64,000 nucleotides of DNA, taken from the NCBI GenBank assembly GCA_016432465.1, contig CP066690.1, forward strand, positions 786,724 to 850,723, written 5' to 3'. Of the stretch, positions 1 through 8,742 are shown one piece after another. The position numbers and the translations under genes are program-made. How positions within the stretch are numbered: the first letter of the stretch is position 1; each line of letters begins with the position of its first letter. The DNA is from Candidatus Sungiibacteriota bacterium. GTDB lineage: Bacteria > Patescibacteriota > Minisyncoccia > Sungbacterales > HO2-52-23. A model generated the notes under the pieces. The model saw only the letters and a program-made list of their open reading frames with translations. It was not told the origin of the DNA and searched no databases.

Positions 1-22
1 TAAAGAGAAAAACATCGTTATA

Positions 23-670
23 TTGCGGGTAAAGCACTTGACGCGCTTCAGTCTGGTTGCCCCTGCGGATACTACTCCTCCTGCTCCTCCAACCAAAGCC
101 GTAGCTTCTGCTCTGGGAGAAGGAAAGGTGAAAGTAAGCTGGCAGAATCCCGTTTCCGATTTTGCTTACGCCAAAGTATACCGGAGCGACAAACTGGGCG
201 AGCTTGGCAAGCTCGTTGCGCCGCAGCTGAAAGGCAGTCAATATATTGACGGTTCAATAGCCGATGGCGTGACTTACTACTATGCCGTACGCTCGGTTGA
301 TCCGGCAGGGAATGAATCCAATAACCAAGATCAGGTAAATGTTAAGGCCATAGGGACGTCAGCCCAAGTGTCAGCGCCCGTAAAGCCGGCTTCCGCCGCA
401 GTATCGGTAAAAAAAGGCGGACTCTCGCGAAACCTAAGTCAGGGTGCAAAGGGTGATGATGTAAAAACACTGCAGGAATTGTTAATCAAAGAAGGATTTT
501 TGTCCGCGGGTTCCTCAACCGGATTCTTTGGTAACCTGACTAAACAAGCGGTAATACGTTTTCAGGAAAAATACGCCTCCGAAGTTCTTACTCCGGTAGG
601 ACTTACCAAGGGTTCAGGATTTGTAGGAACAGGAACGCGAAAGAAAATCAACGAGCTGCTTGCAAAATAA
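23..670 (+). CDS. Cell-surface protein, C-terminal part (5' end outside window); C-terminal peptidoglycan-binding (PG_binding_1-like) domain
   Basis: ORF open to the window start. The C-terminal LSQGAKGDDVKTLQELL...FGNLTKQAVIRFQEKY fits the 3-helix peptidoglycan-binding domain pattern. A hairpin terminator follows. Confidence 0.45.
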   Translation: MRVKHLTRFSLVAPADTTPPAPPTKAVASALGEGKVKVSWQNPVSDFAYAKVYRSDKLGELGKLVAPQLKGSQYIDGSIADGVTYYYAVRSVDPAGNESNNQDQVNVKAIGTSAQVSAPVKPASAAVSVKKGGLSRNLSQGAKGDDVKTLQELLIKEGFLSAGSSTGFFGNLTKQAVIRFQEKYASEVLTPVGLTKGSGFVGTGTRKKINELLAK

Positions 671-702
671 ACAAAATCCCCGCCGAACGGCGGGGATTTT
701 GT
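671..702 (+). terminator. Rho-independent terminator AAAATCCCCGCCGAACGGCGGGGATTTTGTTT
   Basis: Perfect GC hairpin plus T-run directly after the stop codon. Confidence 0.8.
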
Positions 703-734
703 TTATAAAGAGTTTGGAGATGACCCCAAAGAAA

Positions 735-1448
735 TTAGGCAGCAACGTTTCCCCACAAAGTTATAAAGATGGATTTCATCATGGTGGCGTAAGGACGATC
801 GGTAATAAGCATACCCCGCACTGGTTTCTCAAACGGAATAATACCCACCGAATTACCAAAGATAAAAACATAACCCGGAAAGTTGAAGGATTCGGGAAGG
901 ATTCTGTTTTCGTGCAGCTTAATGCCGGAGTCGCTTTTCTCGTCATCAGGAAAACGGAGAGAATTGAGAAAAATACCCCTTTCTCGTCTTCGTTCCCCAA
1001 AACCATATTTTCCACCGATAAGCTCCAGCAGTTTTTTAGTTGATCCGATTGATTGTATCAGCTTTTCTTTAGACCTTAGGGCTTCTTCGGTCATGCTTCT
1101 TACTGCATCCTGTCCTTCAAAAAAGCGGATGTGGGGAGTGGTGGGAAGTCTGCGCAGTTCTTTCTCCAGTTCCGGTATTAGTCTTTCTGCTAAAATGGCT
1201 TGACGTTCAAAAAAGGTTTTAAGCTTGGTCGGGTGTTCAGCCACAAATCGTCTTACCCCTCGCTCTTGGTAGGAACTCACCAGCCCCATAGAAATCAAAT
1301 TCTCCAGGATATGATAGGCGCTGGTCCGTTTAATTCCGGCTCTACGCGCAATATGGCCGGCCGGAGCGTCAGCCAAACTCAAGAGGGCCCTGTACAGAGC
1401 TTCTGTTTTTTTATCTAAACCAAGAGGTTGCAATAGTATTTTTCGCAT
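735..1448 (-). CDS. TrmB-family HTH transcriptional regulator
   Basis: N-terminal winged HTH (GHIARRAGIKRTSAYHILENLISMGLV) and overall TrmB-like layout. Length 237 aa. Confidence 0.5.
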   Translation of the reverse strand: MRKILLQPLGLDKKTEALYRALLSLADAPAGHIARRAGIKRTSAYHILENLISMGLVSSYQERGVRRFVAEHPTKLKTFFERQAILAERLIPELEKELRRLPTTPHIRFFEGQDAVRSMTEEALRSKEKLIQSIGSTKKLLELIGGKYGFGERRRERGIFLNSLRFPDDEKSDSGIKLHENRILPESFNFPGYVFIFGNSVGIIPFEKPVRGMLITDRPYATMMKSIFITLWGNVAA

Positions 1449-1638
1449 AAGTGACGATTACTTTCGTCAACTCTATCTTAGCACACCCCACCAGAAATTA
1501 CAAGCATCTAAGCCAAATTATAGAGGAAAGGTTTTTGTCAGGCATATTATGCCCTGATTTTATGACAATATTATGTCAATAATATACAGTGAAGGTGCGG
1601 AATGGTTCCGTGGCTGTTCTTTGAGAAAGGAGATCAAG

Positions 1639-2022
1639 ATGGCGGAGAACAAGGTTTATAGAGTAGTGTGTCAGAAGTGGCTGGAATCTGAACGAGGTTG
1701 GGGTACACGTCCTGATGGGTACTCACTGCATCTCACCGATAAGGAAAGAGAGCAATTTATTAAGGAATATTGGGATCGGATGCCTGATCAGGCCCCTGAC
1801 GAGTATTCTCGAGATGACGGTGATCCGTATGTGTGTGAGGTAAGCGAAGCAATTTTTAAGAAAATTAAGGAAAGTAGGAACGGAATCCGTTGTTGGGGGA
1901 CAGCCCCTTATCCGGGGGGAACTGATGGGTGGATCCCGCTTCCGTCTACATCTACAAAATTAGATCGGGCCACAATAGAAGATCTTAATAAAAAAACAAC
2001 CGGCCGTCATGGTCTAAAATAA
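1639..2022 (+). CDS. Hypothetical protein (start MAENK preferred over upstream alternative at 1573)
   Basis: Clean ORF, first gene of a tightly spaced 3-gene co-directional unit. No recognisable motif. Confidence 0.35.
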   Translation: MAENKVYRVVCQKWLESERGWGTRPDGYSLHLTDKEREQFIKEYWDRMPDQAPDEYSRDDGDPYVCEVSEAIFKKIKESRNGIRCWGTAPYPGGTDGWIPLPSTSTKLDRATIEDLNKKTTGRHGLK

Positions 2023-2027
2023 GCGGG

Positions 2028-2333
2028 TTGCCAGTGGAGAACTACAAAGTTATATATTACGACAAACCCATCAGTGAAGGACGGTTTGGTCGTATAATAG
2101 AAGGTGAAAAGTTAAGCGTACCCTTTAAGGCATCCGATTTCAACTATCTGGCAAAGGCAGCTGAAATATTAGCTGAAATAGCAACTAGAAAGAAAATTCA
2201 CTTCCATGATGTGTTGGTAGAAGAAGATGGTGAATATCCTCATGGTCGTGGATGGTCTGGATTAGTTGACGTGGGCACGCAGGATGCAATTAACGTACTA
2301 TTGAAGAAGATTTCTGCTTTAGCTATCAGTTGA
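2028..2333 (+). CDS. Hypothetical protein
   Basis: ORF 6 bp after the preceding gene. No motif recognised. Confidence 0.35.
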   Translation: MPVENYKVIYYDKPISEGRFGRIIEGEKLSVPFKASDFNYLAKAAEILAEIATRKKIHFHDVLVEEDGEYPHGRGWSGLVDVGTQDAINVLLKKISALAIS

Positions 2334-2368
2334 CCCCGCTAGAGACTACTTAAAAACGGAGGTAAACA

Positions 2369-2959
2369 GTGAATCGTCACGAATTTTTCCAGAAACTCAA
2401 TGGTGTGGTTAAGCAGCAGGATGACGGCACTAAAATTTCTTGGGCCTACTGGTTGGCTAAATCTACACATCGTACACAATTGCGTATTAACGGTGAAAGA
2501 TATTTTGAACATTGCCGTAGGGTAGCCTTAAACCTTGTGCATTATGGGCCAACGGACGCGGATGAAATTATAACGGCACTTTTGCACGATTGTCTGGAGG
2601 ATGGATTTTTACCGCAGGATTTCATCAAAGCTCTTTTTGGAGACTTTATCGCTAAAGGCGTGGAGGTCTTGAGTAAGTATCGGCCCAGGTTCAATGGAGC
2701 AGGTATAATTACAGAAAAAATAAGAATAAGCGACGATGATTATTACCGGGATATTTCCTGCGCTCCGTCTTGGATACGACGAATCAAACTTGCTGACCGT
2801 CTGGATAACATAAGAGATTTGGGGGTTCGTACTCCGGAACGACGACAACAATACATCCAAGAAACGAAAACATATCTCATGCCTCTGGCGCGTATAACTG
2901 ATGAGCGATTCCTTAAGGCACTGGAAGAACGCTGTGAAATTCATGCCGGTAAAGTTTAA
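2369..2959 (+). CDS. HD-domain (p)ppGpp hydrolase-like protein (RelA/SpoT hydrolase domain only; small alarmone hydrolase type)
   Basis: GERYFEHCRRVA...ALLHDCLED matches the RelA/SpoT HD hydrolase signature (H...HD). 196 aa with no synthetase domain. Confidence 0.6.
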   Translation: MNRHEFFQKLNGVVKQQDDGTKISWAYWLAKSTHRTQLRINGERYFEHCRRVALNLVHYGPTDADEIITALLHDCLEDGFLPQDFIKALFGDFIAKGVEVLSKYRPRFNGAGIITEKIRISDDDYYRDISCAPSWIRRIKLADRLDNIRDLGVRTPERRQQYIQETKTYLMPLARITDERFLKALEERCEIHAGKV

Positions 2960-2960
2960 G

Positions 2961-2992
2961 GGGCTATTCTGCTTGAGCAGCCCCTTTTTGAT
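2961..2992 (+). terminator. Rho-independent terminator (GGGGCTATTCTGCTTGAGCAGCCCCTTTTTG)
   Basis: Hairpin plus T-run right after the 2959 stop. Confidence 0.75.
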
Positions 2993-3007
2993 TCATAAAT
3001 TTTTGCT

Positions 3008-3041
3008 TGACTTTTCATGTTGGTTATGCTATCATATAATT
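3008..3041 (+). promoter_or_regulatory. Sigma-70-like promoter (TTGACT-17-TATCAT/TATAAT) for the 3114 gene
   Basis: Good -35/-10 spacing, followed by an AAAGGAG ribosome-binding site and a GTG start. Confidence 0.5.
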
Positions 3042-3113
3042 AAAGTTCGGGGATACGGCATAGTGCCGTTTTCCTTTTGAAATCAAACATAAGAGAAAGA
3101 AAGGAGTAAGACA

Positions 3114-4259
3114 GTGGAATTCAAGTATCCCACATCAAGGCAGTTCCCCTTTGACGAGGTGTGCGAGAAGATCGTGCACGCTCTCGAGGTGAGAAACTGG
3201 AAAGTTCCGGGCATCAAGATTGAGTTCAACCAGTGGGGGACCGGCGAGGAGAAGTATCGCTTCGTATCAGTGATCGAAGGAGCGAACTTCCAACTCCAGT
3301 TCAGTCTCATCAGAATCGAGAGCGTTTCCCAGATCAACATTCCGGGGATGGAGCTCAACGTCTATTCCGACGAATCAGGTCCTGGCTTCTATCTCTACGT
3401 CGGCGACGACTGGAATCGTGATCGTAAGATGTTCGAGCTGGGCAGCAAGTGCAACAGTAAGCTAAGGGGTGAGCCGCGGATTTACCTTAGGTATGAAGGT
3501 ATCTGTCATTGCGATAACACGATGAACCTCCCGCAGAGCCTCCCGCACCTTCATCGGGGCAAGCGGTCACCACTGCTCAGGCACACGAACGACCTGGATC
3601 GTGAGTACGATCCGGTCGGTCACGAACCGAAGGAGTTCGTGACAAGCGAGATTTTTACCAAGTTCACCGACTGGCTTTCGGAAAATGTGCTTCGAGTCAT
3701 CGAAGTGCAACCTCTGCCCGAGAGACGGATCGACATCTTCCACGAGGAAGTGATTCCGTTTCCGGTTTCGATCGGCCCGCTCTTCACGTTCGGAACACTG
3801 GACGAGGTTGAGCGGATCACACAGGGCAAGCAGGATCCAAGCAAGCTCGAGCCAAGGCGCCGTTACGGGCTCCGGGGAAATGAGTTCGGAGTGGGAGAAG
3901 TGACGCAACACACTCCGATCGATGCCCTGCGGATTCCGGGGTATTACCGGCGCACTGGCAGTTTTTCGTACAACGAGGAGTTCGTGATCCGTGTGGCGCC
4001 GAGGTCAGCCAATCATATCTTCGTCGTTGATCACGGAGCTTTCGAGAGAGCGGCGGAGAAAACCCTTTCTCGGCATCACAGGGGGTATTGGGTGACAGAC
4101 AAGGATTTGGACGGGTGGAGGCAGGCCAAGCAGCACACGCGAATCCCGATCGCACAGTATGACGGCAAGTTCAAGCAGCCGGTCGTCCTGATCGATCGGG
4201 AACTCTCCTTCGACGAGGTCGAGGTCGTGAGCGGTCCCCACAAGGATCGTTCCGCCTGA
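3114..4259 (+). CDS. Hypothetical protein, compositionally atypical (high GC) gene with own promoter and terminator
   Basis: 381-aa ORF starting at GTG with an RBS. GC visibly higher than its neighbours, which produces spurious overlapping ORFs in other frames. Confidence 0.5.
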   Translation: MEFKYPTSRQFPFDEVCEKIVHALEVRNWKVPGIKIEFNQWGTGEEKYRFVSVIEGANFQLQFSLIRIESVSQINIPGMELNVYSDESGPGFYLYVGDDWNRDRKMFELGSKCNSKLRGEPRIYLRYEGICHCDNTMNLPQSLPHLHRGKRSPLLRHTNDLDREYDPVGHEPKEFVTSEIFTKFTDWLSENVLRVIEVQPLPERRIDIFHEEVIPFPVSIGPLFTFGTLDEVERITQGKQDPSKLEPRRRYGLRGNEFGVGEVTQHTPIDALRIPGYYRRTGSFSYNEEFVIRVAPRSANHIFVVDHGAFERAAEKTLSRHHRGYWVTDKDLDGWRQAKQHTRIPIAQYDGKFKQPVVLIDRELSFDEVEVVSGPHKDRSA

Positions 4260-4341
4260 TCCCCAAGTAGTACAAAGGGGGTGTGCGTGAGGCAACTTGC
4301 GTACACCCTGTTTTTTTCGGCGCAACGAACTTTACTATTTA

Positions 4342-4446
4342 TCCCCCCACCCTCCCAGAATACCCCGCAGCTTGCTGCGGGGATGAATGGGCGCCGTAGA
4401 AATCCTTCCCGCGGGGTCCACTACCCCGCTGGGAAGGTGGGGGGAT
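4342..4446. repeat. TIR element family copy 1 (TCCCCCCACCCTCCCAG ... CTGGGAAGGTGGGGGGA; ~105 bp)
   Basis: 17-bp terminal inverted repeats enclosing a GC-rich core. Near-identical inverted copy at 5820-5925, related copies at 14232, 44094 and 51346. Confidence 0.8.
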
Positions 4447-4476
4447 TTATTCAAACCTTTAAGTGTGCTATAGTAA

Positions 4477-4495
4477 TAGTGTATACAATACACTA
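4477..4495. promoter_or_regulatory. 19-bp perfect palindrome TAGTGTATACAATACACTA upstream of nadD-nrtR (candidate NrtR operator)
   Basis: Exact inverted repeat. The same half-sites recur at 15299, 16774 and 18319. Confidence 0.55.
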
Positions 4496-4523
4496 TATTT
4501 GCGTTATACTATTAAATACCAAC

Positions 4524-5108
4524 ATGAAGATTGGAATTTTGGGCGGGACGTTTGACCCGCCTCATAAGGGCCATAAATTAGTCGCGGGAATAGTTAAAAA
4601 AGAACTGGGGCTAGACCGGATTATTTTTATTCCCACCAAAGATCCGCCCCATAAAGTAAGGCCCAAAGTATCGCCGCAACATCGCTTTTTTCTGACCCGT
4701 CTTTTGGTAAGGGGTAAAAAGGGGTTCCTTGTTTCTGACTTGGAATTTAAACGTCCCGGGAAATCGTATACCGCCGACACCGTTCAGGAGCTTAGAAAAC
4801 TCTACCCCCAAGATAAGCTTTTTTGGATTATTGGCGCCGACGCCCTGCTTTATATGCCGCGCGGCTGGAAAGAGGGCTACAAGATTTTAGATAAGTGCCA
4901 ATTTGTAGTAGTAGTAAGGCCCGGCTATTCTTTGAAAAGCGTGCCCGGCCGCATCCTTCAGAAAGTTATTATTGTAAAAAATAGGGCGCGAGACGATATT
5001 TCAAGTACCGAGATACGCAGATACCTTAAGAGTGGGAAGAGTATTAAGGGTCTTCTCACGCCCCAACAAGAAATTTATATAAAACGTAAGCATCTGTATA
5101 AAACATGA
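4524..5108 (+). CDS. nadD: Nicotinate-nucleotide adenylyltransferase
   Basis: MKIGILGGTFDPPHKGH...PTKDPPHK (HxGH-type nucleotidyltransferase, NadD pattern). The longer ORF from 4281 is a read-through of the upstream repeat. Confidence 0.85.
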   Translation: MKIGILGGTFDPPHKGHKLVAGIVKKELGLDRIIFIPTKDPPHKVRPKVSPQHRFFLTRLLVRGKKGFLVSDLEFKRPGKSYTADTVQELRKLYPQDKLFWIIGADALLYMPRGWKEGYKILDKCQFVVVVRPGYSLKSVPGRILQKVIIVKNRARDDISSTEIRRYLKSGKSIKGLLTPQQEIYIKRKHLYKT

Positions 5109-5788
5109 TAAAACGACAATTTCTCAAAAAATTTGAAAAACCCATGATGACAGTTGATGTTGTCTTTTTTACTATTGATCAAAATAAGTTAAAAGTTCTT
5201 CTCGTAAAAAGGAAATACGATCCCTATGGGGGTTTCTGGGCCCTGCCCGGGGGGTTTATTAGAAAAAACGAAGAGATGTATGAAGCGGCCGCAAGAGAGT
5301 TAAAAGAGGAAACAGGGGTGCGTGGAGTGTATTTGGAGCAGCTTTATACCCTTGGAGCTTTAGGCCGTGATCCTCGGGGCCGGGTGGTTACCGTGGCCTA
5401 TTTTGCGCTGGCACCGCGCCCGACTAAGAAACTTAAGCCCTCTTATGATGCGGCAGAAGCCGGATGGTTTTTGGTGGACAAATTGCCGAGGCTCGCCTTT
5501 GATCATAAGAAAATTATTGTTTATGCTTTGAGACGGGTGCGTAATAAAATTCAATATACCAATGCGGCTTGGAGTTTGCTTCCCGCAACTTTTAGTCTGG
5601 GTGAGGGTCAAAAAGTTTACGAAAGTATCTTGGGCCACCGGCTGGATAAAAGAAATTTTCGCAAAAAGTTTCTATCCCTCGGATTGCTGCAAAAAATATC
5701 TAAGGTTCGCCGCGGGCTTCGTCAGCGTCCGGCCCAACTATATAAATTTAAAACAAAAAAATACGTGGAACTTAAAAGGTTTTTCTAA
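5105..5788 (+). CDS. Nudix hydrolase with C-terminal winged-helix region; NrtR-like NAD-metabolism regulator / ADP-ribose pyrophosphatase
   Basis: Intact Nudix box GFIRKNEEMYEAAARELKEETGV, C-terminal ~90-aa helix-rich extension, ATGA overlap with nadD, and NAD-gene context. Confidence 0.55.
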   Translation: MIKRQFLKKFEKPMMTVDVVFFTIDQNKLKVLLVKRKYDPYGGFWALPGGFIRKNEEMYEAAARELKEETGVRGVYLEQLYTLGALGRDPRGRVVTVAYFALAPRPTKKLKPSYDAAEAGWFLVDKLPRLAFDHKKIIVYALRRVRNKIQYTNAAWSLLPATFSLGEGQKVYESILGHRLDKRNFRKKFLSLGLLQKISKVRRGLRQRPAQLYKFKTKKYVELKRFF

Positions 5789-5819
5789 CCCTCAATATAA
5801 ATATGGCAGTCAAAAATAA

Positions 5820-5925
5820 ATCCCCCCACCTTCCCAGTGGGGTAGTGGACCCCGCGGGAAGGATTTCTACGGCGTCTATTCATCCTCGCAGCAAGCTACG
5901 GGGTATTCTAGGAAGGTGGGGGGAT
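5820..5925. repeat. TIR element copy 2 (inverted relative to copy 1)
   Basis: Reverse complement of 4342-4446 with a few substitutions. Confidence 0.8.
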
Positions 5926-5943
5926 AAACAATATCTTGGGTTT

Positions 5944-7860
5944 TTGCGCCTAGCAGCAGCGTCACCTCCTCTTAGAATTGGTGACGTAGACTATAATGTT
6001 AAAAAAATTTTGGAATTTGCCAAACGCGCTGATAAAGAGTCGGTTGATATCCTCGTATTTCCCGAGCTTTCCATTACTGCCTATACTGCGTCGGATTTAT
6101 TCTTTAACCGCACACTTCTTGCGCAGGCCCTTAACGGCCTTGCTAGAATTCGTCTGGCTTCCCGCGCTCTGGGCAGCGTACTTGTTGTGGGCGTTCCTAT
6201 TGCGCAGGAAGGAAAGCTTTTTAACACCGCGGCCGTGGTTTTTAAAGGAAAAGTTTATGGTCTCGTTCCGAAAACCTACGTTCCCGGATACAAAGAGTTT
6301 TATGAAGAGCGCTGGTTTGCTTCGGCCCGGGATTTGGTAGTCAAAGAAATTATGCTGGGTGGCCAGATGATTCCCTTTGGCACTGATATTTTGTTTCGTA
6401 TGCCCAAAATTTCCGGCGCGGTTCTGGGCGTGGAAATCTGCGAAGATCTTTGGATGCCTATGCCTCCCAGCTCTTTTCAGGTCCTCCGCGGCGCAACTAT
6501 TATTGCCAATCTTTCTGCATCCAACGATTTGGTGGGAAAGGCGGACTATCGCAGAGCGCTTGTTACCCAGCAGTCTGCCCGTGGAGTTTGTGCCTATGTT
6601 TATAGTTCCTGCGGCGTGCATGAATCAACTACGGATGTTGTTTTTGGGGGACATGCCTTGATTGCCGAAAACGGTGCGCTTCTTGCCGAGTCCAAACGAT
6701 TTATAAGAGAGGGCGAGATGACCCTCGCCGATATTGATGTAGAACATATGCTAGTGGATCGCGAACGCATGACGAGTTTCGGCGAATCAATACACGAGTC
6801 GCCGCAAAAAGAATTTCGTATAATTGATATTCCTTTACCAATACCTTTTCATCCGATTCCCAGACGTTTTATTGACCCTAATCCCTTTGTTCCTTCCAAT
6901 CCGGAGGAACGAGACCTTCGCGCCAAAGAAATTTTCTCCATTCAGGTGGCGGGGCTGGCCAAGCGTCTGGAGGCGGCCAAAATAAATAAAATGATTTTGG
7001 GTCTTTCTGGGGGACTGGATTCTACTTTGGCGCTGCTTGTAGCAGTTAAGACAGCCGAAACCCTTAACCTGCCTCATAAAAATATTTTTACCTATACCAT
7101 GCCCGGATTCGGAACTTCGCATCGTACTAAAAATAATGCTGTAAAACTGGCTCGGGCTTTAGGGGTAAACATAGAAACTATTGATATAATCAAAGGCGTA
7201 CTTCAGCAGTTCAAAGACATTAAACATAGTCCTAACGAAGAGAATACTGTCTTTGAAAATGCGCAGGCAAGATACCGCACCTATACTCTTATGGATAAGG
7301 CCAATCAAATTCATGGCTTGGTGATTGGCACCGGCGATCTTTCGGAAATTGCTCTGGGCTGGAATACTTACACCGGAGATCATATTGCGCATTACAACGT
7401 AAACTGCAGTGTACCTAAAACTTTGGTAAGATATCTGGTGCAATGGGCGGCTGAAACCCAAGTGGATAAAAAAACGCGGCGCATTCTTGAGGATATTTTG
7501 GCCACACCCATCTCACCCGAGCTTAGGAAAAATCATAAACCCGGCGAAATTTCTCATCGGACCGAAAAGCTTATCGGGCCTTACGAGTTGCATGACTTTT
7601 TCCTGTATCACTTTATCCGTTGGGTCTCTTCTCCTAAAAAGATTCTTTTCTTGGCGGAGCACTCATGGGGCAAAAAATACAAAACCCCAGAACTTAAAAA
7701 ATGGCTTAAGGTATTTTTGCAAAGATTTTTTGGCTCTCAATGGAAAAGGTCTGTGGCCACTGACGGCCCCAAGGTTGGATCGGTTTCTCTCTCTCCCCGC
7801 GGGGACTGGCGAATGCCGTCCGATGCCGAGGTTAAAATGTGGAGTGAGGAATTAAAATGA
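5944..7860 (+). CDS. nadE: Glutamine-dependent NAD+ synthetase (N-terminal nitrilase-like + C-terminal NAD synthase domains)
   Basis: VDILVFPELSITAYT (CN-hydrolase) and LGLSGGLDSTLAL (PP-loop). The start is proposed at TTG 5944 (LRLAAASPPLRIGDVDYN...), because the 5' extension of the ORF back to 5803 only translates the repeat. Confidence 0.8.
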   Translation: MRLAAASPPLRIGDVDYNVKKILEFAKRADKESVDILVFPELSITAYTASDLFFNRTLLAQALNGLARIRLASRALGSVLVVGVPIAQEGKLFNTAAVVFKGKVYGLVPKTYVPGYKEFYEERWFASARDLVVKEIMLGGQMIPFGTDILFRMPKISGAVLGVEICEDLWMPMPPSSFQVLRGATIIANLSASNDLVGKADYRRALVTQQSARGVCAYVYSSCGVHESTTDVVFGGHALIAENGALLAESKRFIREGEMTLADIDVEHMLVDRERMTSFGESIHESPQKEFRIIDIPLPIPFHPIPRRFIDPNPFVPSNPEERDLRAKEIFSIQVAGLAKRLEAAKINKMILGLSGGLDSTLALLVAVKTAETLNLPHKNIFTYTMPGFGTSHRTKNNAVKLARALGVNIETIDIIKGVLQQFKDIKHSPNEENTVFENAQARYRTYTLMDKANQIHGLVIGTGDLSEIALGWNTYTGDHIAHYNVNCSVPKTLVRYLVQWAAETQVDKKTRRILEDILATPISPELRKNHKPGEISHRTEKLIGPYELHDFFLYHFIRWVSSPKKILFLAEHSWGKKYKTPELKKWLKVFLQRFFGSQWKRSVATDGPKVGSVSLSPRGDWRMPSDAEVKMWSEELK

Positions 7861-7869
7861 TACCCGAAG

Positions 7870-8060
7870 CAGAGCCTAAAGAATTTAAAAAGTGGAGCCC
7901 CACGCGCAGAGCGCGTGGCACCCTGTGTTGCGGGGTTCCTCCCACGCTCGCGCGTGGGGCGGAACCCCGCACCGAGGGTCATTTCATCCACGGGAAGTAA
8001 GACTTCCCACGGGCAAAGCCCGTGGCCCTCTGGTGCGCGGGTAGCTATGGGGTGGCCACC
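7870..8060. repeat. Cluster of GC-rich palindromes (REP-like), including GGGAAGTAAGACTTCCC at ~7992-8008
   Basis: CCACGCGCAGAGCGCGTGG, CCCACGCTCGCGCGTGGG, GGGAAGTAAGACTTCCC and CACGGGCAAAGCCCGTG hairpins in ~190 bp of noncoding DNA. Confidence 0.6.
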
Positions 8061-8317
8061 CGCCGGAGGATTTATATGATGACGACTACAATACTGCTAA
8101 GAAAGCTTTAAGATATTTAGTGGAGTCAATAAACAGGAATTTTAAGGCTGCTTTATCTTTGGAAGAAATAGTCAAGCTATATCAAAAGTCCTATGAAGAT
8201 GTTTTGAGTAAAAAAAGACAGCGTAGGACAAGGTGATTAAATTTTATACCTGCTCGGTTAGGTGGTCTTCTCATCTTAATCATAACAACAGGCGGCCTTA
8301 AGGCCGCCTTGCTGGGT

Positions 8318-8590
8318 TTACTGGGCTTTGGTTTTTGCTTCTTGTTTTGCCCGGGCTCGGGCCAAAGCTATAGGAAGGAAGTATTTTTGCCAAATATTAT
8401 TGGCAACATTTAGCAGTGTCGCGCCTACCATCCAACAGCCAAAATATAATCCTATTCCAAATACTACTCCCTTAGAATTCCCACTCTCGAAATATCCATC
8501 CGGCCCAATAACTCCTAAAAGGTAAAATAGGTTCCACGCCAGAGGTGTAAGCATAAAAACAGTTCCCAAAAGCGCATAAAAAATATACAT
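8318..8590 (-). CDS. Small membrane protein (2 predicted TM helices)
   Basis: Hydrophobic 90-aa ORF with a basic C-terminal tail. A hairpin GGCGGCCTTAAGGCCGCC lies just downstream at ~8292-8309. Confidence 0.35.
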   Translation of the reverse strand: MYIFYALLGTVFMLTPLAWNLFYLLGVIGPDGYFESGNSKGVVFGIGLYFGCWMVGATLLNVANNIWQKYFLPIALARARAKQEAKTKAQ

Positions 8591-8682
8591 TTTCTCTCCT
8601 TTCGGGTCGGCCCTAGGTTACCCTAAGCCAGCCACCTTTTCTATTATAGAATTTATAATGATATACGTCAAGTACAAAAGCT

Positions 8683-8716
8683 TGACAATTACGCTAGAGT
8701 TTGTTATTCTTTATAG
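8683..8716 (+). promoter_or_regulatory. Sigma-70-like promoter (TTGACA-17-TATTCT) plus GGGAGG RBS for pncA
   Basis: Consensus -35 and an acceptable -10, about 30 bp upstream of ATG 8743. Confidence 0.45.
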
Positions 8717-8742
8717 AGGGCCTACAAAGGGAGGCTAGAACA

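Noticed and set aside
3233-4325. Multiple overlapping ORFs on both strands inside the 3114..4259 gene and inside 61428..62297 (for example 3567..3911-, 3817..4155-, 61530..61766+, 61651..62220-, 61694..62230+)
   Set aside because: These are the expected artefact of GC-rich DNA with few stop codons. Only the longest frame with a start context was kept, and even that is low confidence in the 61.4-62.3 kb block.
4281-4523. N-terminal 81 codons of ORF 4281..5108, plus ORF 44020..44277 and the 5' part of ORF 5803..7860, as coding sequence
   Set aside because: They translate the TIR repeat copies (the KSPHLPS...GRIST... peptides recur only because the DNA repeat recurs). The real nadD starts at ATG 4524 with a conserved N-terminus and nadE at about 5944.
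7870-8060. RNase P RNA, SRP RNA or tmRNA in the GC-rich hairpin block
   Set aside because: I could not find the conserved P4/GNRA, SRP domain IV or tmRNA tRNA-like-end signatures, so it is left as a repeat or ncRNA candidate only.
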